Of a stretch of 64,000 nucleotides of DNA, positions 52,448-63,382 are shown in pieces. Source of the stretch: Candidatus Poriferihabitaceae bacterium. Its GTDB lineage: Bacteria; Pseudomonadota; Gammaproteobacteria; Arenicellales; Poriferihabitantaceae. Under the pieces are notes generated by a model that had not been told where the DNA came from, searched no databases, and was given only the letters and a program-made list of their open reading frames with translations. The DNA is taken from the NCBI GenBank assembly GCA_965249835.1, contig CBDFMY010000003.1, forward strand, positions 358,286-422,285, given 5' to 3'. Each line of letters opens with the position of its first letter. Within the stretch, counting starts at the first letter, position 1. The translations under genes were made by a program, and so were the position numbers.

Positions 52448-52807
52448 TCACACCTCAAGCAACGTCAAAATATTGCCATCCGGGTCCTTGAAATTCGCCA
52501 GCGTGCCGCCCCAGGGTTGGCGCGTTGGCGGTTCGGTGAACTCCACGCCTTTTTCCACCAGTTGCGAATAGGTCAGATGGATGTCTTCGACGGCGAAGGA
52601 GACACCGACGAATCGCCCAACTAACTCGTCCGCCTGATCTGCATCGGCATCCATCCCTTCAATTCCCAAACGGGCACCGCCGAGATCGAACTCGGCCCAG
52701 GCAAACGCCTGGTCGACAAAAGTTAGGGGAAGGCCGATGGTCTCCCGATAAAAATCCACCGAACGGTCCCAATCGGTGGTAAAAATTCGGATGGCGTAGA
52801 TTTTCAT
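52448..52807 (-). CDS. VOC (glyoxalase) family protein
   Basis: The start at ATG 52807 (MKIYAIRIFTTDWDRSVDFY) fits the usual VOC N-terminus. DPDGNIL lies near the C-terminus. Confidence 0.7.
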   Translation of the reverse strand: MKIYAIRIFTTDWDRSVDFYRETIGLPLTFVDQAFAWAEFDLGGARLGIEGMDADADQADELVGRFVGVSFAVEDIHLTYSQLVEKGVEFTEPPTRQPWGGTLANFKDPDGNILTLLEV

Positions 52808-52873
52808 GTTGGATGCGTTGGTCGGCGGTAGTGTATCATGCGTTGATGCGCTTTCAACCACAGCGTAACCGCG

Positions 52874-53479
52874 ATGCACTCAACCAAAATTATTTACCAA
52901 CGCGGACTGCCCGAACGCTTTCGAGAAAGTGCGGCGGCTTTGTATGACGAAGCCTTCGGTGAAAAATTCGCCGTCGCGGTTCGCTCTGCCGAAAGTCGGC
53001 GACTGCTTTTGCAAAAGTGTCTGATGCTCGATTACGCCATCGTCGCTCTCGGCGAAGACCGGCTGCTTGGCATCGCCGGTTTTCACACCGCCGACGGCTC
53101 ATTGACCGGCGGGATTACCTACGCCGAACTGCTGTCGCTATTGGGTTTCATCAAGGGCAATTGCGCGGCTTTGTTGTTCAGTTTGTATGAAAGAGAACCC
53201 GCGCCCGGCGAATTGGTGATGGACGGCATTGCGGTTCAATCCGACCTGCGCGGATGCGGCATCGGTAGCCGTTTGCTGGACGAGATTACCGACTACGCGG
53301 CGGCGAACCACTTCAGCCGCGTTCGCCTGGATGTCATTGACCGCAACCCGAAGGCGCAAAAACTGTATGCACGCAAAGGCTTTCGAGCGGTGAAGACCGA
53401 GCACTTCCGGTGGTTGCGATGGCTGCTTTCGTTCGGCGCAAGCACCACCATGGAATTGCGCTTGGACGAAAAAATCTGA
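52874..53479 (+). CDS. GNAT-family N-acetyltransferase
   Basis: GIAVQSDLRGCGIGSRLL and KAQKLYARKGF. Confidence 0.8.
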   Translation: MHSTKIIYQRGLPERFRESAAALYDEAFGEKFAVAVRSAESRRLLLQKCLMLDYAIVALGEDRLLGIAGFHTADGSLTGGITYAELLSLLGFIKGNCAALLFSLYEREPAPGELVMDGIAVQSDLRGCGIGSRLLDEITDYAAANHFSRVRLDVIDRNPKAQKLYARKGFRAVKTEHFRWLRWLLSFGASTTMELRLDEKI

Positions 53480-53508
53480 ACGACTTCTCGCCGCACTTCC
53501 CGCCACAC

Positions 53509-54588
53509 TTAGTGCTTCGCTTGCTCTTGTCCGAATTCCACCATGCGGCGAATCGAGCGTTCGGCGCGCCGGCGGATGGATTCGTCTATACGAATTTCGT
53601 TGCCACCCAAAGTCAGGATATTGTCGAGGCGTTGCAAGTCATTCATTTTCATCCACGGACACATGGCGCAACTCTCGCAGGTGGCGCCTTGGCCGGCGGT
53701 GGGCGCTTCGAAAAACTTTTTCCCCGGCGCGGCTTCCTTCATTTTGTGGAAGATGCCGGACTCGGTGGCGACGATAAACTCGGTGGCATCCAATTCTTTT
53801 GCCGCACGGATAATCTGGCTGGTTGAGCCGACCACATCGGCCAGCGCGATCACACCCCGTGGCGATTCGGGATGCACCAGCACCGCGGCATCGGGATGTT
53901 GTTTCATCAATCCGCGCAACGCTTCGGCTTTGAATTGTTCGTGCACTACGCAAGATGCCTGCCACAACAACATGTCGGCGCCGGACATGCGTTGCACATA
54001 ATCGCCGAGGTATTTGTCCGGCGCCCAGATGATTTTCTCGCCCGCCGCGGATAGATGCTCGACCACATTCAAGGCGATCGAAGAAGTAACCACCCAATCC
54101 GCGCGCGCCTTGACCGCGGCACTGGTGTTGGCATACACCACCACCGTGCGCTGCGGATGCTGGTCGCAAAATTGCGCGAACTCATCCGCCGGGCAAGCCA
54201 GATCAAGCGAACATTCGGCTTCATGCTCCACCATCAAAATGCGTTTTTTCGGGCTCAGAATTTTTGCGGTCTCGCCCATGAAGCGCACACCGGCGACGAT
54301 GACGGTGTCGGCTTCGTGTTGATAACTGAACCGCGCCATCTCCAGCGAGTCGGACACGCAACCGCCGGTCTCATCGGCGAGATCTTGAAGCGCGCCATCG
54401 ACATAATAGTGCGCCACCAGCACGGCGTTTTGCTGTTTGAGTTTGCGTTTGATGGAGGCCTTGAGCGCGGCGCTCTCGGCATCGGAAAGTTCGCGATGCT
54501 CAACTTGCCAGGCACGCGCCACCAATTTCTCAATGTGGGCGCGTTTGGATTGCGGGACCGATTGCGAGAACATCGATTCGTGGTTCAT
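53509..54588 (-). CDS. nadA: quinolinate synthase
   Basis: VAHYY, ADxxGDS-like [22 protein letters not shown], ESPxxV, and the Cys ligand context CxxCPWM. Confidence 0.9.
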   Translation of the reverse strand: MNHESMFSQSVPQSKRAHIEKLVARAWQVEHRELSDAESAALKASIKRKLKQQNAVLVAHYYVDGALQDLADETGGCVSDSLEMARFSYQHEADTVIVAGVRFMGETAKILSPKKRILMVEHEAECSLDLACPADEFAQFCDQHPQRTVVVYANTSAAVKARADWVVTSSIALNVVEHLSAAGEKIIWAPDKYLGDYVQRMSGADMLLWQASCVVHEQFKAEALRGLMKQHPDAAVLVHPESPRGVIALADVVGSTSQIIRAAKELDATEFIVATESGIFHKMKEAAPGKKFFEAPTAGQGATCESCAMCPWMKMNDLQRLDNILTLGGNEIRIDESIRRRAERSIRRMVEFGQEQAKH

Positions 54589-54753
54589 GCGTTTGTGTTG
54601 CCCTTGCGGTTGATGGATCGATCGGTTGATGGATTGACCTTCGCAGAAACCTTATGATACCAGTTAATTTGCGCCCGCATGCGGCAAATTCAAGTTGCGA
54701 ATTGGTCGCCAACCGGCTATGGTTTCTCCATTCAATTCACCGGATTCGTATCA

Positions 54754-55236
54754 ATGCAATGGCTTTTGCTCGGCGTTGTAGTCATCGCCTTGTTGTATAT
54801 GTCAACCCGTTATCCGAAAGCCGCGTTCGGTATTCTCGGAGTGCTGGGTCTCGCTGCTGCCGTCATCGTGTTTAGCACGCAGGACGATGCGGTGCGCATA
54901 CGCGGGCGTTTGCCGGTGGATGACATCCAAATCGAAAACGCGGTGATGACGCCGGCCTACGGTGGCAGTTACCAATTCAACGCACGCCTGGTCAACGCTC
55001 ACGCATCCATCCTGCTCAAAGAATTGGTGGTCAGCATCACCATGCTCGATTGTCGGGCCAAAGGCGATGACCTGCCCGACGACACCTGCACGGTGATTGG
55101 CCAGACCGATGAGCGCTTTGACGCAAAAATTCCGCCCGGCCAGGCACGGGATATTTCGCGCAATTTGTTTTTCAGCGCAGCCAACCCGACCGGCGCGGTT
55201 CGCTGGCAATACCAAATTACTGCTACCCGGAGTTAA
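54754..55236 (+). CDS. hypothetical membrane-anchored protein
   Basis: Two N-terminal hydrophobic segments, then a ~110-aa soluble domain. No motif recognised. Confidence 0.4.
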   Translation: MQWLLLGVVVIALLYMSTRYPKAAFGILGVLGLAAAVIVFSTQDDAVRIRGRLPVDDIQIENAVMTPAYGGSYQFNARLVNAHASILLKELVVSITMLDCRAKGDDLPDDTCTVIGQTDERFDAKIPPGQARDISRNLFFSAANPTGAVRWQYQITATRS

Positions 55237-55290
55237 CTTCCCGTTTCGTGTTCGTTGTTCCTGCGAATTTCCCTGCTATAGTGGTCGGCG

Positions 55291-55959
55291 ATGCACGTCC
55301 ACGATAATCTGTGCGGCCTTTTCGGCGGCACCTTCGACCCCATTCATTACGGCCACATTGCCCCGCTTCGGCAGGTGTTCCGGCGCGTTGCCCTGACATC
55401 GCTCGCTTACCTTCCGGCCGCCGTCCCGCCCCATCGCCCGCAACCCGACACCGATGCCGCGCATCGCCTTGCGATGGTGCGCATCGCTTTGGCAAACCAG
55501 GCTAACGAGGCCGATGCATCGCAAGAACCATCCTTTGAGGTGGACGACATCGAACTGAAACGACTGGGACCCTCCTATACCATCGATACGATACAATCAT
55601 TGCAGCGACGACATCCGGGTCGGCGTTTCGCCCTGATTATCGGGCTGGACGCGTTGCTTGAATTCGAAACCTGGCACCGCTGGCAGGCATTGCAACAAAG
55701 CGTGCACATCATCGCCTTCGGGCGGTGCGGATGGGAACTGCCGCGGTCGTTGCCACACTGGTGGCAAGCGGCGCGGGTCGAATCCAGTGCCGAGTTGCGG
55801 CGCACGGCGGCGGGTAACCTGCTTTTGGTCGAGACCACGCCGCTTGCCATCTCGTCCACGCTGATACGCGAACGGCTGAAAGCCGGCGAAGACGCAAGCG
55901 ACCTGATGCCGGTCGGCGTGTGCAACTACATTCGTGAACACAATCTTTATGGCGGATAA
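55291..55959 (+). CDS. nadD: nicotinate-nucleotide adenylyltransferase
   Basis: GLFGGTFDPIHYGH, and ISSTLIR near the C-terminus. Confidence 0.9.
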   Translation: MHVHDNLCGLFGGTFDPIHYGHIAPLRQVFRRVALTSLAYLPAAVPPHRPQPDTDAAHRLAMVRIALANQANEADASQEPSFEVDDIELKRLGPSYTIDTIQSLQRRHPGRRFALIIGLDALLEFETWHRWQALQQSVHIIAFGRCGWELPRSLPHWWQAARVESSAELRRTAAGNLLLVETTPLAISSTLIRERLKAGEDASDLMPVGVCNYIREHNLYGG

Positions 55960-56380
55960 AACTAAAACGGCGCAACAAAAATCCCGAGCAACACCTCGGA
56001 CAACACCCGAATCCGGGCAAATGTGCGAAGTCGTGCTGGCCGCACTGGCAGACGCCAAGGGTGAGCGGGTCAAGTTGCTCGATGTGCGCAAACTCACCGA
56101 CATCACCGATTACATGATCGTCGTCACCGGCACTTCGGAGCGTCATGTCAAAACGCTTGCCGAGCGTGTGCTGTCGATGATGCGCGAAGCCGGTTGGAAA
56201 CATCTGGGAATAGAGGGCGAGCAAGACCGCGACTGGCTGCTGGTGGATTTTGTCGATGTGGTGGTTCACATCATGCGCGCGCACACCCGCGAGCATTACG
56301 ATTTGGAAAGCCTGTGGGATGAAACTTTTGGCGAACTGTTGCAACCCCGGGAACATTCCGAAACCGCCGCGCAACGCTGA
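55949..56380 (+). CDS. rsfS: ribosome silencing factor RsfS
   Basis: DYMIVVTGTSERHV, DWLLVDFVDVVVHIM and YDLESLW. The start is ambiguous (GTG 55934, ATG 55949 or ATG 56021). Confidence 0.85.
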   Translation: MADKTKTAQQKSRATPRTTPESGQMCEVVLAALADAKGERVKLLDVRKLTDITDYMIVVTGTSERHVKTLAERVLSMMREAGWKHLGIEGEQDRDWLLVDFVDVVVHIMRAHTREHYDLESLWDETFGELLQPREHSETAAQR

Positions 56381-56393
56381 TTCAAAGCCGCCC

Positions 56394-56873
56394 ATGCTCA
56401 CCATCCACCTCATCGTCGTCGGCGAGAAAATGCCGAACTGGGTGCGCCAGGGCTATCACGAATACGCCAAACGAATTCACGGAAGGTGCGCGCTGCATCT
56501 CATTGAAGTGGCGGCCGAGCGGCGCGGCAAACATGCCAACGCCGCCGACCTCGAAAAAATCGCCGCGCGCGAAGCGGCACGAATCGAACGGGCGATACCG
56601 AAAGGAAGCCGCGTCATCGCCCTCGATCGCAACGGCGAGTCGCACTCAACGCGGCAAGTGTCGCGCCGCATGGAAGCGTGGATGCGAGACGGCGAACAAG
56701 TGTCGCTGCTGGTGGGTGGCGCGGAAGGTTTGTCCGGGCAACTGTTGCGGGATGCCGATGAAACCTGGTCGCTGTCGGCCCTGACTTTCGCTCACCCGCT
56801 GGTGCGCGTGATTGTCGCCGAGCAGATGTATCGCTGCTATTCGCTACTCGAAAATCTGCCGTATCATCGCTAG
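56394..56873 (+). CDS. rlmH: 23S rRNA (pseudouridine1915-N3)-methyltransferase
   Basis: ATG at 56394 (MLTIHLIVVGEKMP). LLVGGAEGL and TFAHPLVRVIVAEQMYR. Confidence 0.9.
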   Translation: MLTIHLIVVGEKMPNWVRQGYHEYAKRIHGRCALHLIEVAAERRGKHANAADLEKIAAREAARIERAIPKGSRVIALDRNGESHSTRQVSRRMEAWMRDGEQVSLLVGGAEGLSGQLLRDADETWSLSALTFAHPLVRVIVAEQMYRCYSLLENLPYHR

Positions 56874-56884
56874 GCATCGTCCGC

Positions 56885-57502
56885 ATGCTCGTCCTCGCCT
56901 CCACATCTCCCAGGCGTCGGGAAATGCTGGCGCAACTCGGTGTCACATTCCGCATGGAGAGTGCCGATGTCGACGAGCGTCGCTTGCGCGGTGAGTCGCC
57001 CGACGACATGACCGTGCGGCTGGCTCTGCTCAAAGCGCAAACCGTGTTTGAGCGTGTAGTCACCGAGCGCGCCGCCGGCAAACGCGGCAAGACCGATGAA
57101 CCCGCAACCGTGCTCGGCGGCGACACCGTGGTGGCCATCGGCGATGAAGTTTTCGGCAAACCGAACGGCCGCGAGCATGCACTGGCAATGTTGCAACGTC
57201 TGTCGGGGAATACCCACACGGTTTTTTCCGCGGTGGCACTGGTTGCCGAAGGATGCCGGTGCGCCGACCCGCGAACGCTCTATCGCCTGAGCGAAACCGA
57301 AGTTACTTTCGGTCGCCTTGAGCGGCGGCAACTGGAACGCTATTGCGACAGCACCGAGCCGTTTGACAAAGCCGGCGCCTACGCAATACAAGGTGCCGGC
57401 GGCGCGTTTGTCAAACACATCCAGGGCAGTTACAGCGGCGTGGTCGGGCTACCGCTGTGGGAAACCGCGCAACTGCTGCGCGAACTGAATCATCATGAGT
57501 GA
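56885..57502 (+). CDS. maf: Maf-family nucleoside triphosphate pyrophosphatase
   Basis: LVLASTSPRRREML, DTVV and KAGAYAIQG. Confidence 0.9.
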   Translation: MLVLASTSPRRREMLAQLGVTFRMESADVDERRLRGESPDDMTVRLALLKAQTVFERVVTERAAGKRGKTDEPATVLGGDTVVAIGDEVFGKPNGREHALAMLQRLSGNTHTVFSAVALVAEGCRCADPRTLYRLSETEVTFGRLERRQLERYCDSTEPFDKAGAYAIQGAGGAFVKHIQGSYSGVVGLPLWETAQLLRELNHHE

Positions 57503-57992
57503 ACAAATGCTGATTAACGAAATTCGCAAATGCACCACGAGAATTTCGATGGGATTCGCGAATAATTTTCGGCGTGTGAGCGTGGCGATGAGATTTACGA
57601 AGAGTTTTCGGCGCGTGCATCCGGGCAATCCCTCAACCCGAGTCGGGTTGCTGTCCGTTGGATTGCTACTCATCGGTTTGCTACTGGCCGGCGCGCCAGC
57701 CAGCGGCGGCGACATCCATGATTACATTGTGACGCGCGCCGAGTGGCCGCAACACGCCAACGGACAAAACATATCGGCACTTCCGGTGGTCAACGAAACA
57801 TTGCGGAGTTTCGAAGAAAACGGCAAGGTAACCATCGTCATCCGCTATCCCGGCGGCGACCCCGGCCACCAATGGGCAAACGAACTCTATGGCTGGCTGG
57901 TCAGCCTCGGCATACCAACCCGCTACATTGAATTGCAACCCGGCTCCGGCGCAACCGACCGACTGGTGGTAAGTGTGATTGATCGAGGGTGA
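57495..57992 (+). CDS. hypothetical protein with one TM/signal segment
   Basis: The ATG overlaps the maf stop (ATGAGTGA). Hydrophobic segment VGLLSVGLLLIGLLLAGAPA. No family recognised. Confidence 0.4.
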   Translation: MSEQMLINEIRKCTTRISMGFANNFRRVSVAMRFTKSFRRVHPGNPSTRVGLLSVGLLLIGLLLAGAPASGGDIHDYIVTRAEWPQHANGQNISALPVVNETLRSFEENGKVTIVIRYPGGDPGHQWANELYGWLVSLGIPTRYIELQPGSGATDRLVVSVIDRG

Positions 57993-57994
57993 TG

Positions 57995-58258
57995 AATCGT
58001 GCTTGTCTTTTCGTCGCCATGGTCGTTTTGGTCGTTGTGCTGTGTAGTGTAGTGTTGCGCATCGTCACTCGGTCGGTCACATACTTAATGTATGCTCCCT
58101 CCCTCACTCCTTGCGCGCCTTGCCTGACAACGAAAATACTGCGCGCAATGTTTTTTATAATCTCGGAAGGCGATGATTTCTTTTGAGACGCCAAAAGTAA
58201 CCGAGAAAAAAGCCCGGTTGCGTCGGACTCTTGATGTCGTCACGCGAAGCGCGACTCA
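57995..58258. repeat. mosaic intergenic repeat block (family-A unit in reverse orientation plus terminator-like module)
   Basis: ...cacatacttaatgtatgctccctccctcactccttgcgcgccttgcctgacaacg... is the reverse complement of family A. Also gagacgccaaaagtaaccgagaaaaaagcccgg. Confidence 0.85.
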
Positions 58259-59587
58259 TCAAAACGGCCACTCCGGCATCTCATAAAATCCTTTTAGTGC
58301 CGCCAGCAAGGTGTGCTGGTCGGCAACGCCGGCGAGTTCGCGGATGGAGTGCATGCCGAGTTGCGGCACGCCGATGTCTACCGTGCGCACGCCGAGGCGG
58401 GTGGCGGTGATGGGCCCGATGGTGCTGCCGCAGGCCATGTCCGAGCGCACCACGATGGTCTGATGCGGCAATCGGTTGCGCTCGCACACTTGCCGGAACA
58501 AGGCGGCGGTTTCCGAGTTGGTGGCGTAACGCTGATTGCTGTTGACCTTGATTACCGGGCCGTCATTCAACAGCGGTTGATGCCCCGGTTCGTGCTTGTG
58601 CGCGTAGTTGGGATGCACGCCGTGGGCGTTGTCCGCCGACACCAGCATTGAGCGACCAAGCGCTCGGGCGAGTGCCGCTTCGTCGCCGCACAGGCGCATC
58701 AATACGGAGTGCAAAAACGTCCCTTCGGCACCGCTTGCCGATGCGCTACCGACTTCTTCGTGGTCGTTCAGCACCAGCAACTGGTTGGTTTTTCCCCGCG
58801 CCGCCACCAGCGCTTCCATGCCGGCATAGCAACTCAACAAATTGTCGAGACGAGCGGAGGCGATAAATTCATTTTCCAGTCCGACCACCTCGGCACCTTG
58901 ACAATCATACAAACACAATTCAAACGCCAGAATTTTATCCACCGCCAATCGCGGGTATTGCCGCTTGAGTTGCGCTTTTAGAAACTGAGTGAAGTCCGGC
59001 GTGGTCGCCGCCGATTTTTTTGTCGTTGATTGTTCATCGGTCACGCGGCACAACACCGCGGGCAATTCTTTTTGTTTGTTGATGCTGCGATTGTCGTTGA
59101 CCTCGCGGTCGAGATGAATCGCCAGGCTGGGGATGAATCCGATCGGGCGGTTGATGTCGACCAGACGGCTTTGGAGTTTGCCGGCGGCGGTCAGAGAGAC
59201 CCTTCCGGCCAACCCGAGACCGCGGTCAAACCACGGCGCGAGCAACGCGCCGCCATACACTTCCACCGCGAGTTTGGCGTAGCCGCTGTTGCGGGTAATA
59301 GCGTTGGGCTTGACCTTGAGACAGGGGCTGTCGGTATGTGCGCCGACCAGGCGAAAGCCGTGCTCGTCCGGCGGGCAATTGAAATTCACCGCCACCAGCG
59401 AGGAGCCGTTGCGGGTGAAATAATACCGACCCGGCAACATCAAATCCCACCGCGCAACCTCGTCCACTGCGACATAACCAGCCTGGTGCAGACGCGCTGA
59501 CACGTTTGCCACGGCATGAAACGGAGTCGGCGAATCGTCTAAAAAGCGCAACAGCGCGTTGAGGTTGCGGGTTTGGTTTTTTGCCAT
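58259..59587 (-). CDS. apeB: M18-family aminopeptidase
   Basis: FLDDSPTPFHAV, GAHTDSP, NDHEEVGS and DMACGSTIGP. Confidence 0.88.
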   Translation of the reverse strand: MAKNQTRNLNALLRFLDDSPTPFHAVANVSARLHQAGYVAVDEVARWDLMLPGRYYFTRNGSSLVAVNFNCPPDEHGFRLVGAHTDSPCLKVKPNAITRNSGYAKLAVEVYGGALLAPWFDRGLGLAGRVSLTAAGKLQSRLVDINRPIGFIPSLAIHLDREVNDNRSINKQKELPAVLCRVTDEQSTTKKSAATTPDFTQFLKAQLKRQYPRLAVDKILAFELCLYDCQGAEVVGLENEFIASARLDNLLSCYAGMEALVAARGKTNQLLVLNDHEEVGSASASGAEGTFLHSVLMRLCGDEAALARALGRSMLVSADNAHGVHPNYAHKHEPGHQPLLNDGPVIKVNSNQRYATNSETAALFRQVCERNRLPHQTIVVRSDMACGSTIGPITATRLGVRTVDIGVPQLGMHSIRELAGVADQHTLLAALKGFYEMPEWPF

Positions 59588-59764
59588 CGGTCAGGTGTGT
59601 GGAATGTGCAAAAGTGAGGTGGATAGTAACGCAATCGCACGCATTGCACTTGCCCATTTTATTATGGCATTGCCATGGTGCATAAGCTCAGATACATATG
59701 GCACTCCTCAACTCAAGAGGAAATGCCATGCAAGTCCAGCATATTGGCTACCACTGCTGTCCCA

Positions 59765-60650
59765 TTAACTTTCACAGCAACGAGGATTGATTGCGATTGA
59801 AGCCGGGTCTGGGGGCGGGATGCCACGCAAGAGTCCCATCAAGTCGCGCTTGTCGAACAAGTTAAGATGCAACAGGCGGAGCATTTGTTGCATGCTTTTG
59901 CCCAGCTTCGACTGGAATTTGATGAACGCCAAGCGTAAATACACGCACAGCGCGACCCAGATTTGCGTCATCACCGCGTTATTGCTGGTGCCGATGAAGG
60001 ACTTTATCTTCAGGTTTTGCTTGATCCACTTAAACAACAATTCCACCTGCCAACGCGCTTTATAAAGGTCGGCGACCGTCTTGGCCGCCAGTTTCAAATG
60101 ATTGGTCAAGAAAACGTAATGCTTGCCGGTCTCGGCATCGCGGTAGCCGATGCGACGCAGGGGGATGGGGCATTGTCTGGATGCCTTGACGCCGCGTCTT
60201 TTTTGATACGAGTGACAAAGAATATGTTTTTGTCATTCAACTGTTTATACCAGCCATAGTTGTTATATCCGCGGTCGATGGCGACTAGGCTGCCTTTGGG
60301 GAAACGCAGCGTGCGCCCGATAGCGAGGTCGCTGGTTTTGCCGTCGGTGATGGTTACAAACTCGGGCAGGCAACCGCTGTGGTTCAGCCCGACATGTAGC
60401 TTGACCGCCCCCTTGGTCGTTCGGAAATCGGCCCACGGGAAGGCCGAGAGGCACAACTTGATGGTGCTGGCATCAAGCGAATACTGAAACGAAACTTATG
60501 GCCGGGCGCGACCCCTTGGCAACGTCGCAACAGTTTCTTGAACAGTGCCTCGCACAACGTATAAGGCTTGTCCCGGTTGATGCGCGCCAGGCTGGAGCGG
60601 GACAGGCCGACGCCGCCCAAGTGATAAAGTCGATGCGCCTTTTATATTTC
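59765..60650 (-). pseudogene. IS4/IS5-superfamily (DDE_Tnp_1) transposase, 5'-truncated with at least two frameshifts
   Basis: The pieces RLYHLGGVGLSRSSLARINRDKPYTLCEALFKKLL, ...KLHVGLNHSGCLPEFVTITDGKTSD...VAIDRGY... and ...YKARWQVELLFKWIKQNLKIKSF... lie in three different frames. Confidence 0.8.
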
Positions 60651-60914
60651 AGTGGTGCACAACGGTGGAGTTGACCTGCCGCGTTAGCGGTCGGCTGGAA
60701 TGAATTGTTGGGTGTTTTTAAATAATTAATGTTGGGAATGACATACATAAATCCACATTCGGTTTATTTTTTAGCCGATTTTACCCACCGAACAGGTGCG
60801 TTCATTTGCGCCGCTGTTGGTTTTCGATTGACCAGTTTTTCTGTGCATATCGGTTGAATGTGGATTGTTCTACCCTGAAAATCGATCATTGTAAAGGCTT
60901 TGTACGATGCCCTT

Positions 60915-61525
60915 GGATTCAACCCCGAAGTGCAACAGGTGGGTTGATGCCGAATAATGCCTGATTCGGTGTTTTCATGCCAAGGCATTTGCGCGGCCGG
61001 TTATTGATCTGGTTGGCCACATGCGCCAGTTGCGAAGTTGTGATGGTCGAAAGATCATAGCCTTGGGGGAAATACTGCCCGTATCAGCCGGTTGGTATTC
61101 TCATTGGTTCCTCGCTCCCAGGACGCATATGGATGGGCGAAGTAGAAGTCGGCTTGCCGTGCATCGCGGACCGCTTCATGACCGGCGAATTCGCTGCCGT
61201 TATCCGCGGTCAAGGTGAGCACCCGGTGTTTGATCGTAGCCAGGTTTCTAATCAGCGCCGCGCCCACCACCGGCGCCTTCCGGTTGGGCAGGATGTCAAT
61301 GTACACGAAGCGCGTGGCACGCTCGACCATGGTCAGCATGACGGCGGTATTGTTTTTCCCATGCACCATATCCAACTCCCAATCACCGATGCGGTCTCTT
61401 TTCTCCACCAACGCCGGGCGCCGCTCAATCGACACCCGATTGGGTATCAAGCCCGGCCGCACCTTGCTACCGTAGCGTTTCTTCCCCTTTTTCCGGCAGC
61501 GTAAGTACTGATGCAGATTGACCAC
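60915..61525 (-). pseudogene. IS30-family transposase 3' remnant (catalytic half plus right inverted repeat), frameshifted
   Basis: IPNRVSIERRPALVEKRDRIGDWELDMV...TADNGSEFAGH...PYASWERGTNENTNRLIR. An extra G near 61075 shifts the frame; translation then continues QYFPQGYDLS...NRPRKCLGMKTP to about 60915. Confidence 0.8.
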
Positions 61526-61984
61526 ATGAGCGTAGGACTACCAGCGAGCTTTAGCATCAAGGAGTTCAAGGCGGCCTGTCCGATCACCGGGTTTGTTGCC
61601 TTAAAAGCCTATAGCCGTGCGACCAGCAGGAACGCCAAAGACTTCTTGCACTACCTTATCGAACAAGCACCGTTCAAAATCCACTCGATACAGGTTGATG
61701 GCGGCAGTGAGTTTCGGGATGAGTTTGAGCAAGCCTGCGAGGCCTTGGGCATACCGCTATTTATATTGCCGCCTAAAAAACCGAAATGGAATGGTTGCGT
61801 TGAGCGAGCCAATGGCACCAGCCGTTATGAGTTTTACCCGCTGTATGAAGGGCCGTTGACGGTGGCCGCAATCAACCAGGAACTGGTTCATTACCAATGG
61901 ACCTATAATCATTACCGGCCACACGATAGTTTGGATTTAATGACACCGATGGCGTACTATCAGCAACTCACCATGGCTGCCTGA
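61511..61984 (+). pseudogene. rve (integrase-core) transposase C-terminal fragment
   Basis: IQVDGGSEFRDEF...KPKWNGCVERANGTSRYEFY...YNHYRPHDSL. The N-terminal half is missing. It abuts the IS30 remnant. Confidence 0.75.
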
Positions 61985-62019
61985 TTTTGTCTCATATGTG
62001 GTGAACCCGGACATAGGCT

Positions 62020-63382
62020 GTTAGCAACAAATAGAAATGTCCGGTTTTAGAACACGTGAGTTGTCCGCTTTTGGCGATGTCGGGAAGCCTGGCTGAGGCC
62101 CCCGTTATTGATGGCGCAGCGGACATCAAGCAGCCACCGGTAAGTCAGTCTGGATGAGTTGGCCGGCCGCGTCATAACCGGCCAGTTTTCGGGGGCCGTG
62201 CCACAAAGACAAGGCGCCATCGGTGTGCCGTAACACCTTCACTTTAGCTTTGATGTAGTGGTAACGGTGGCGGTCTGCCGGTATCTGCAGGGTCCGGCCC
62301 TCGAACTCAATGCAGTTGTCCTTGCGTACCCGGCGCTCGTAGTGTTCGCAGAAAATGTTGTCCAACTGCGCTCCCTCCGGCACCGGCACAAAGGCTGAGC
62401 CAACTTCCCGCGGCGGTTGCTCAAACTCTTCGTTGAAGGCGGGCAAATACACCTGCTGGAGATACTCATTGGCGGCAGCCATATCGGTGATGCCAGCGGC
62501 GGCCAGTTCTTTGACCAAGCGGTTCTGGTGGGTGCTAAAGGCCCGCTCGGAGCGCCCTCGGGCTTGCGGCGAGTAGGCCGCGATCATCTCCACGCCCAGT
62601 TGCTGCAAGGCGCGCCGGAACTGCGTCGAGTTGCCCTTGTCCACCTTGCCGCCAGCCGTCGGCGTGTGCCAGTAATGGCTGCCCCGGTCGGTATACAGCG
62701 AGCAAAACAAGCCCTCGGCCTCAACCACCTCACGTACCCCCCGAAAACTGCTCCGGGTGCCTTCCTGGTCACAGAAGAACATGGAGTAATGCCGGCTGGT
62801 GGCATCATCCATGGTGACTATCAAATCCCAGGTCTGTCCCGGCACCCAGGCATGGGTGCTACCATCCTGGTGCAGCAATACGCCCGGCACCGGTGCTCGT
62901 TCACGCCGCTTGCGATGTTGCCCGCGGCCCGCGGCCTTCGTCACCGCTCCGGCAGCCTGCAAGGACTTGCGCACCCAGTTGTAGCTACGCCCACCGCCGC
63001 CGCGCCGATACCAGGCGTAGTAGTGCTTGACACTCCAGCCATCATGCCGGCTCCGGTACCGATCCACCATGCGCATAACCTCATCGACCGGGGCCCGCCG
63101 GTGCGATACCTGAGACAGCCGCTTGTCGATCAACCCATCCAGGCCTTCTTCCTCGTAACGATCAATGTAACGACGAAAGGTGCGCTCACACACACCCAGC
63201 AACTGCGCCGCTTCCTCTTGGCTCAAACGACCCTCCGTCCAGCTCCCGTATGCCTCTTCAAATCTCATCCGTCGTATCTCCTGTAACACTTCTGTCCGCC
63301 TCATAAATCACCTCCCTCAAGAGCTGGCATAAACCGGACAGATTATGTGTTTTAACAGCGGACAGTTTATGTGTTCCTAACA
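62020..63382 (-). mobile_element. intact ~1.36-kb IS with an rve-type transposase (ISNCY/IS1202-like by architecture)
   Basis: Imperfect ~50-bp terminal inverted repeats (gttagcaacaaatagaaatgtccgg... versus the reverse complement gttaggaacacataaactgtccgc...). Flanked by an exact 17-bp direct repeat gaacccggacataggct (62003-62019 and 63383-63399). Confidence 0.8.
62126..63304 (-). CDS. transposase (N-terminal HTH plus integrase-core DDE domain)
   Basis: 392-aa uninterrupted ORF. LSQEEAAQLLGVCERTFRRYIDRY (HTH), HQDGSTH...TMDDATS...YTDRGSHY...SPQARGRSER. Confidence 0.85.
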   Translation of the reverse strand: MRRTEVLQEIRRMRFEEAYGSWTEGRLSQEEAAQLLGVCERTFRRYIDRYEEEGLDGLIDKRLSQVSHRRAPVDEVMRMVDRYRSRHDGWSVKHYYAWYRRGGGGRSYNWVRKSLQAAGAVTKAAGRGQHRKRRERAPVPGVLLHQDGSTHAWVPGQTWDLIVTMDDATSRHYSMFFCDQEGTRSSFRGVREVVEAEGLFCSLYTDRGSHYWHTPTAGGKVDKGNSTQFRRALQQLGVEMIAAYSPQARGRSERAFSTHQNRLVKELAAAGITDMAAANEYLQQVYLPAFNEEFEQPPREVGSAFVPVPEGAQLDNIFCEHYERRVRKDNCIEFEGRTLQIPADRHRYHYIKAKVKVLRHTDGALSLWHGPRKLAGYDAAGQLIQTDLPVAA

